In this document: positions 58,960-64,000 of the stretch, piece after piece
Numbering within the stretch: the stretch's first letter is position 1
Layout of the letters: every line of letters begins with the position of its first letter
Source of the DNA: Promethearchaeota archaeon
GTDB taxonomy: Archaea > Asgardarchaeota > Lokiarchaeia > Sigyniarchaeales > SOKP01
DNA length: 64,000 bases
NCBI GenBank assembly: GCA_019057795.1
Contig: JAHLWS010000049.1
Span: 1-64,000 of the forward strand
Reading direction: 5' to 3'
The notes under the pieces: generated by a model
What the model saw: the letters and a program-made list of their open reading frames with translations, nothing else
What the model was told of the DNA's origin: nothing
Databases searched by the model: none
Position numbers and translations under genes: made by a program

Positions 58960-59286
58960 AATTCTCTTTGTTTTTTATTTTATGCTTAGAAAAAATTAAT
59001 CTATTTTTTTTGTTGTATGTGATAATTAAACCATATTTAAAAAATTATTAACTAATCAAATCAATGAGAATAACATTGTAATTTTTGTAAAACTAACTAA
59101 ACTGCGTATATTTTTTGGACAAAAGTTTCAAAATATCAACAATCCTTTTAAATACCACTAAAGATATTAAATATTTAAGATAAAAATATATGTGTTAAAA
59201 CATATAATAATCGTAGAAGATAAGAATTAATAAACAAAGTTTTACAAATTAAAGTTAAATAAAATAGGGAATTAGTATTAAACCAT

Positions 59287-59401
59287 GACTCCTGCCCCAC
59301 CCTGGATTTTTGTCTTTTGGTAGTGTGTTTTACACACTTATTTCGCCCTCCTCCCCCTATTTTATTTCTGACCTTATCATTAGGTCGAGGTGGCAGGAGT
59401 C
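59287..59401. ncRNA. Candidate structured RNA element (multibranch fold)
   Basis: GC-rich island in an AT-rich spacer. Perfect 10-bp closing stem GACTCCTGCC/GGCAGGAGTC with two internal hairpins. Confidence 0.45.
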
Positions 59402-59668
59402 TCCCTTTTCTATCGATTTTATTCGATTATAACTATCTCTAAGAAGTTTTTAAAACAAACATTTATCTTAAAGAATCTTAATTTTAGACTAAGATATAAT
59501 TTGAATTAAAAGAATTGTTGGATTTTATTAATTTATTAACACTTTTTTAATAATATTGATAATACTATTGATACTACGAAAGTTCTTATAAAATTAAAAT
59601 GCGATAATGTTTTTTCTAATTAAATAAAATATTATTTAATCAAAATTTTGTTAAAAAAATAAGTTAGA

Positions 59669-61378
59669 TTGATACTTATGACAGAAGAAATTATAAGACG
59701 AACTACATCCATATGTCCAGAATGTTTACAACTTATCGCAGCGGAAATCTATGTCGATCCTGAAACTAACTGGGTCATGATGAGAAAAAATTGTGAAGAA
59801 CACGGCGACTTTAAAGATAAACTCTCAATTGACCCAATTGAATACAAATGGGCCGAAACCTTCACGGACGATATCGGGTCTACTATAAATAATTCTACTA
59901 AACCTGAATATTTAAGCTCAGGAATAAAAAAGAGTGTGAAAGGATGCCCATACGATTGTGGACTTTGCGAAAATCATCAAAGCGCTCCTAACATTTGCCT
60001 TATTGACATTACTAATCGTTGCAATTTAACATGTCCAATTTGCTTTGCAAACGCAAGCGCGACAGGGTATGTTGTAGAACCCACCTTTGATCAACTTGTT
60101 CTAATAATGGAACACTTCAGATCAATGAAACCCGTTGCGGCTGTTATGCTACAAATATCAGGTGGAGAACCCACTATGAGAGATGACCTACCAGATATAA
60201 TTCGTAAAGGGAAAGAACTTGGTTTTACTGAAGTTATGGTCACAACTAACGGCGTCAGATTTGCAAAATCTGTCGATTTCTTTCAACAATGTAAAGATGC
60301 CGGGATGGACGCCATCTACTTACAGTTTGATGCAACTGACGATCCAGAAGCCTGGAAAAAGATACGGGGAGTTAACCTATGGCCTTTAAAAAAGCGAGTA
60401 ATCGAAAATAGTCGAAAAATAGGATACTTTGGGATAATGTTAGTTCCGGTAATAGCTAAAGGCGTTAACGATCACCAAGTAGGAAATATTTTAGACTACG
60501 CAAAGGACAATAGTGATGTGATCTCTGGAGTAGTATTCCAACCTGTTTCTCTTTGTGGACGGATCAGTTTCGAGGAACTGATGGATTTGAGATATACAAC
60601 TTCAGATCTAAAGCTAGCAATTAATAAACACACAAATAATGCAATACAAAGATTTTACCCTATCGCATTTATGGCAAAAACGACTAGATTATTAGCTTGG
60701 TTCGATAATGTGCCACAGTTTAGTACGACGAGCCATAAAGACTGCGGATTCGCCACTATCATGATAATTGACGAAAAAGAGCAGTGGAAATCGCTAGACC
60801 ATTATTTTGACACGGAAGGGCTTGTAAGATGGTCAAATAAAGTTTATGACATGGTTCAAGGAAAAGAAGTTCCAAAACCTACGGGTTTCTTAAAAGGCAT
60901 AAAACTAGAAGATTTTGGCGCTGTTGCCAGCACTGTTGGAAAGTTTATTGACGATATGACCGACCTCGGATATCGGCAGATGATGAAGGCCTATTTCTTT
61001 GCAGGCTCTATTAAGTTTGTGAAGCAACCAGAGAAATTTTTAACTAGCAAAACTTATCAAGGTTTTGTACGATTGATTTTGTCTCCGAATTTAGCCTCTG
61101 CGGCGAGTTTCTTGCATTCGCGTAATCTTTTCATCTCGGCCATGCATTTCCAAGATGCATACAACTTTGACCTCGATAGAATTTGCAAATGCTTGGTACA
61201 CTATGGCGTAATTGACCCTGAAGACCATTCTAAAGTCCTAGAGATTCCTTTCTGTGCTATGAACACGCTACATAGAGAAAGAATAGAAAAGGGCAATGTA
61301 ATTTCAGATCAAGCTGCCATAAAGCCAGACATTATCCAAGCTGAAATAAAGGAATTGTTAGAAACCGTAAAAGAATAA
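59669..61378 (+). CDS. tes: Radical SAM enzyme of the MJ0619 family (tetraether lipid synthase Tes/GDGT-MAS-like)
   Basis: N-terminal TSICPEC...C.EHG, GCPYDCGLCENH, ITNRCNLTCPICFANA, HKDCG, MHFQDAYNFDLDRICKCLVHY, IPFCAMN. Confidence 0.85.
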   Translation: MILMTEEIIRRTTSICPECLQLIAAEIYVDPETNWVMMRKNCEEHGDFKDKLSIDPIEYKWAETFTDDIGSTINNSTKPEYLSSGIKKSVKGCPYDCGLCENHQSAPNICLIDITNRCNLTCPICFANASATGYVVEPTFDQLVLIMEHFRSMKPVAAVMLQISGGEPTMRDDLPDIIRKGKELGFTEVMVTTNGVRFAKSVDFFQQCKDAGMDAIYLQFDATDDPEAWKKIRGVNLWPLKKRVIENSRKIGYFGIMLVPVIAKGVNDHQVGNILDYAKDNSDVISGVVFQPVSLCGRISFEELMDLRYTTSDLKLAINKHTNNAIQRFYPIAFMAKTTRLLAWFDNVPQFSTTSHKDCGFATIMIIDEKEQWKSLDHYFDTEGLVRWSNKVYDMVQGKEVPKPTGFLKGIKLEDFGAVASTVGKFIDDMTDLGYRQMMKAYFFAGSIKFVKQPEKFLTSKTYQGFVRLILSPNLASAASFLHSRNLFISAMHFQDAYNFDLDRICKCLVHYGVIDPEDHSKVLEIPFCAMNTLHRERIEKGNVISDQAAIKPDIIQAEIKELLETVKE

Positions 61379-61520
61379 TTTTTTTTCTTTAATTTTTAGA
61401 TGTTTTTAGGCTAATTTTTAATTTTTTTTTAATCTTGTTTTATTTATTTATAATATTTAAGAAAGTTAATTTTGAAATAGCAATTCTAAATTATAATTAA
61501 ATTATTAACTATAAAATAAG

Positions 61521-63275
61521 GTGAAAAAGGCTATTATGACTATTTTATTAAATCCGAAACAACATAAAAGGTATTATCCGGACGCGAAGTCAAAAGAAAT
61601 TATGCTTAAAACCATAGAATTTTTCGAAAACAAAGGGTTAGCGAAACTCAAGGAGGATGATCATAAGCGAGTATGGTATTCTGATTTCCTTGAATTTCAA
61701 AAAAAAAATAAGATTTTTGCCCAATTATTAACCCCGTCTCAATACGGAGAAGACGAGAATTATCGATGGGATACGTGGAGAATATGTGAGTTTAATGAAA
61801 TTATTGCATTTTATGGATTGGCTTATTGGTATACTTGGCAAGTTACAATTCTAGGTCTCGGACCCATTTGGATGAGTAAAAATGAAAAAGCAAAGGAGAA
61901 AGCAGCGAAATTAATTAAGGAAGGTGCTATATTTGCGTTCGGACTATCTGAGAAAGCACATGGAGCAGATATTTACGGAACTGAAATGGCATTAACCCCT
62001 CAGGAAGATGGTTCATATAGAGCTAATGGAGAAAAGTATTATATTGGCAATGGTAACGAAGCAGCAATGGTTTCAAACTTCGGTAAACTTGCTGATAAAG
62101 ATGGCAATATCCCTCCCTATGACATGAAAAATAAGGAACAATATGTTTTCTTTGTGGCAAATTACAAACACAAAAACTATGAATTAATAAAAAATGTCTG
62201 CGACAGTCAAAATTATGTTGCAAATTTTGCACTTCATGATTATCCCATAACCGAAGAAGATATTCTTTCCAAAGGAGAAGAGGCATGGAATTCATCCCTT
62301 AACACGGTTAACGTGGGGAAATATAATTTAGGATGGGCTTCAATAGGACTTTGTACACATGCATTTTATGAAGCAATTCATCATGCAGCTAATCGAAGGC
62401 TCTATAATATGTATGTGACTGATTTTCAGCATGTTAAACAAAACTTTGTTGATGCTTATACTCGTTTAGTCGCTATGAAATTATTTGGGCTAAGAACGGC
62501 CGATTATATGAGAATAGCGTCTAATAAAGACCGTCGATATCTACTTTATGCTCCCGCTATGAAAATGAAAACAACTACTCAAGGAGAGGAAGTTATCAAT
62601 CTTTTATGGGATGTGATTGCGGCAAAAGGTTTCGAAAAAGATATGTTTTTTGAAAGTGCTGCAAGGGATATTCGTGCTTTACCGAAACTTGAAGGCACCG
62701 TTCATGTAAATATCGCCTTAATTTTAAAATTTATGATGAACTTCTTTATGAATCATAAGAAATATGAGGAAATTCCAAGACAAGATCAAGTTAAAGACGA
62801 TACATTCCTTTTTAATCAAGGTCCAACTCGTGGGTTGGGAAGGGTTCGTTTTCACGATTGGAAACCAGCGTTTGAGCAATATAATTTACCCAATGTCAAT
62901 ATATATTTGGAGCAAATTAAGATGTTTAACCTTATGGGCGTAAAGGCTATGCCTAGTGTCGAACAACAAAAAGATATGGACTTCATGCTTTCAGGGATTG
63001 GCGAAATCTTTTCTCTTATTGTATACGGCCATTTAGTCGTTGAAAACGCTAAAATATATGATATTGGTGAAGATACTGTAGACCAAATATTTGATTTTCT
63101 AGTGAGAGACTTTTCCAAATACGCATTAAATCTATATAATAAATCTAGTACTACTCCTGAACAGATGGAATGGTGTTTGAAGATGATTAAGAAACCTAAT
63201 GTCGATCCTGAGCGGTTTGGTAAAGTGTGGAAAATAGTTCACTCGTTAAAGGACGCATATGAAATGAATGAATAA
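61521..63275 (+). CDS. Acyl-CoA dehydrogenase (different, longer subfamily)
   Basis: FGLSEKAHGAD, ANGEKYYIGNG, ALPKLEGTVHVN. Confidence 0.88.
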   Translation: MKKAIMTILLNPKQHKRYYPDAKSKEIMLKTIEFFENKGLAKLKEDDHKRVWYSDFLEFQKKNKIFAQLLTPSQYGEDENYRWDTWRICEFNEIIAFYGLAYWYTWQVTILGLGPIWMSKNEKAKEKAAKLIKEGAIFAFGLSEKAHGADIYGTEMALTPQEDGSYRANGEKYYIGNGNEAAMVSNFGKLADKDGNIPPYDMKNKEQYVFFVANYKHKNYELIKNVCDSQNYVANFALHDYPITEEDILSKGEEAWNSSLNTVNVGKYNLGWASIGLCTHAFYEAIHHAANRRLYNMYVTDFQHVKQNFVDAYTRLVAMKLFGLRTADYMRIASNKDRRYLLYAPAMKMKTTTQGEEVINLLWDVIAAKGFEKDMFFESAARDIRALPKLEGTVHVNIALILKFMMNFFMNHKKYEEIPRQDQVKDDTFLFNQGPTRGLGRVRFHDWKPAFEQYNLPNVNIYLEQIKMFNLMGVKAMPSVEQQKDMDFMLSGIGEIFSLIVYGHLVVENAKIYDIGEDTVDQIFDFLVRDFSKYALNLYNKSSTTPEQMEWCLKMIKKPNVDPERFGKVWKIVHSLKDAYEMNE

Positions 63276-63634
63276 TATTAAGTATTTTTCTTTACTTTTT
63301 TTTCTTTAATTTTTATATAGCTTTATTGCTAATTTTAAATTTTTTTCAAATTTTTAAGGGGATTATAAATTTTAATGAAATTCCATCCTAATTTAGATAG
63401 CAAAAGTGTTTTATTACTTAAAATAAACGACTAACATTAATTTTGCTGAAAGAGAAATAGTTCGTATTGGGGAAATAAAACTAACTTTAAAAAAAAAACC
63501 TTAAATGTTTTAAAAATTCTAAAAATATAGAGCTAGGCAACATGGAGATTTTTGGAAATAAATTAGCTTTTTAAGTTTAACATTAATATCTAAAATTATA
63601 ACACGTATAAAAATGATTTATTAATTCAGACTCT

Positions 63635-64000
63635 ATGGTAAATAATTCGGAAATAATAGGGGAATATCGAGGATTAGTTAAAAATAGAGTGCTAACCGCA
63701 TTATTGCAATCTTATTTAGATAACTTAGATTACGATGGGATGAAATCTATATTGAGAGAAGCCGAATTATTGGAACTAAAAGATATAAGAGAAGTAGATC
63801 CCGATGGTGTAATTGACTTCTTTTCTTTTAAAAAAATCATATCTGCTCAAAATTGTTTGTTGTACGATTCTACTAAATTATTATACGAAATTGGACGGAA
63901 GTTCTCGTTTTATTTGTTTCCTTTTGGAAAAGATTTCGGAGAAATAATTAACGAAATAAATCAATTAATTGTTGCTGATTGGCAAGTTAAAATTGTGGAA
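63635..64000 (+). CDS. N-terminal part of a probable V4R/H-NOX-like domain protein, runs off the window
   Basis: Manual translation: MVNNSEIIGEYRGLVKNRVLTALLQSYLDNLDYDGMKSILREAEL...LLYEIGRKFS..., open to the end of the window. Confidence 0.5.
   Translation, partial: MVNNSEIIGEYRGLVKNRVLTALLQSYLDNLDYDGMKSILREAELLELKDIREVDPDGVIDFFSFKKIISAQNCLLYDSTKLLYEIGRKFSFYLFPFGKDFGEIINEINQLIVADWQVKIVE

Noticed and set aside
1622-63118. Numerous 60-120 aa ORFs antisense to or overlapping long genes (e.g. 1622-1828, 7906-8241, 33379-33729, 44530-44895, 56638-56997, 62023-62295)
   Set aside because: These are shadow frames of well-supported genes, with no motifs of their own.

Overview
AT-rich archaeal chromosomal segment, most likely from an Asgard archaeon of Lokiarchaeia type. 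It carries archaeal core genes (aIF-1A, aIF-2gamma, Spt5, TFS, form III RuBisCO with R15P isomerase, tetraether synthase-type radical SAM) and eukaryotic-signature genes (eL22, two Rab-like GTPases, longin/roadblock proteins, a RING-like finger). Two features stand out. (1) A co-oriented cluster at 837-8443 encodes what looks like an archaeal UFM1 conjugation (UFMylation) system: a UBA5-like E1, a UFM1-like modifier ending in VG, a UFC1-like E2 and a JAMM isopeptidase. These sit with an ESCRT-II (Vps22/36)-like protein, an SPFH-SHOCT protein, a stand-alone Cdc48-N-domain protein and membrane proteins with PCI-type winged helices. (2) An intergenic element at 29398-29563 (minus strand) reads as a circularly permuted 5S rRNA gene. 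Its canonical ends are joined by a UUCG loop and its new ends lie in a bulge-helix-bulge-like motif, which predicts a spliced circular 5S rRNA. Also present: a tnpB-only IS200/IS605 element, three paralogous acyl-CoA dehydrogenases, an ABC exporter with a ~215-aa insertion, a 35-aa repeat protein, and several genes that seem to start at ATA/ATT. All family assignments come from motif recognition by eye, and the reference sequences are recalled from memory; no database search was run.
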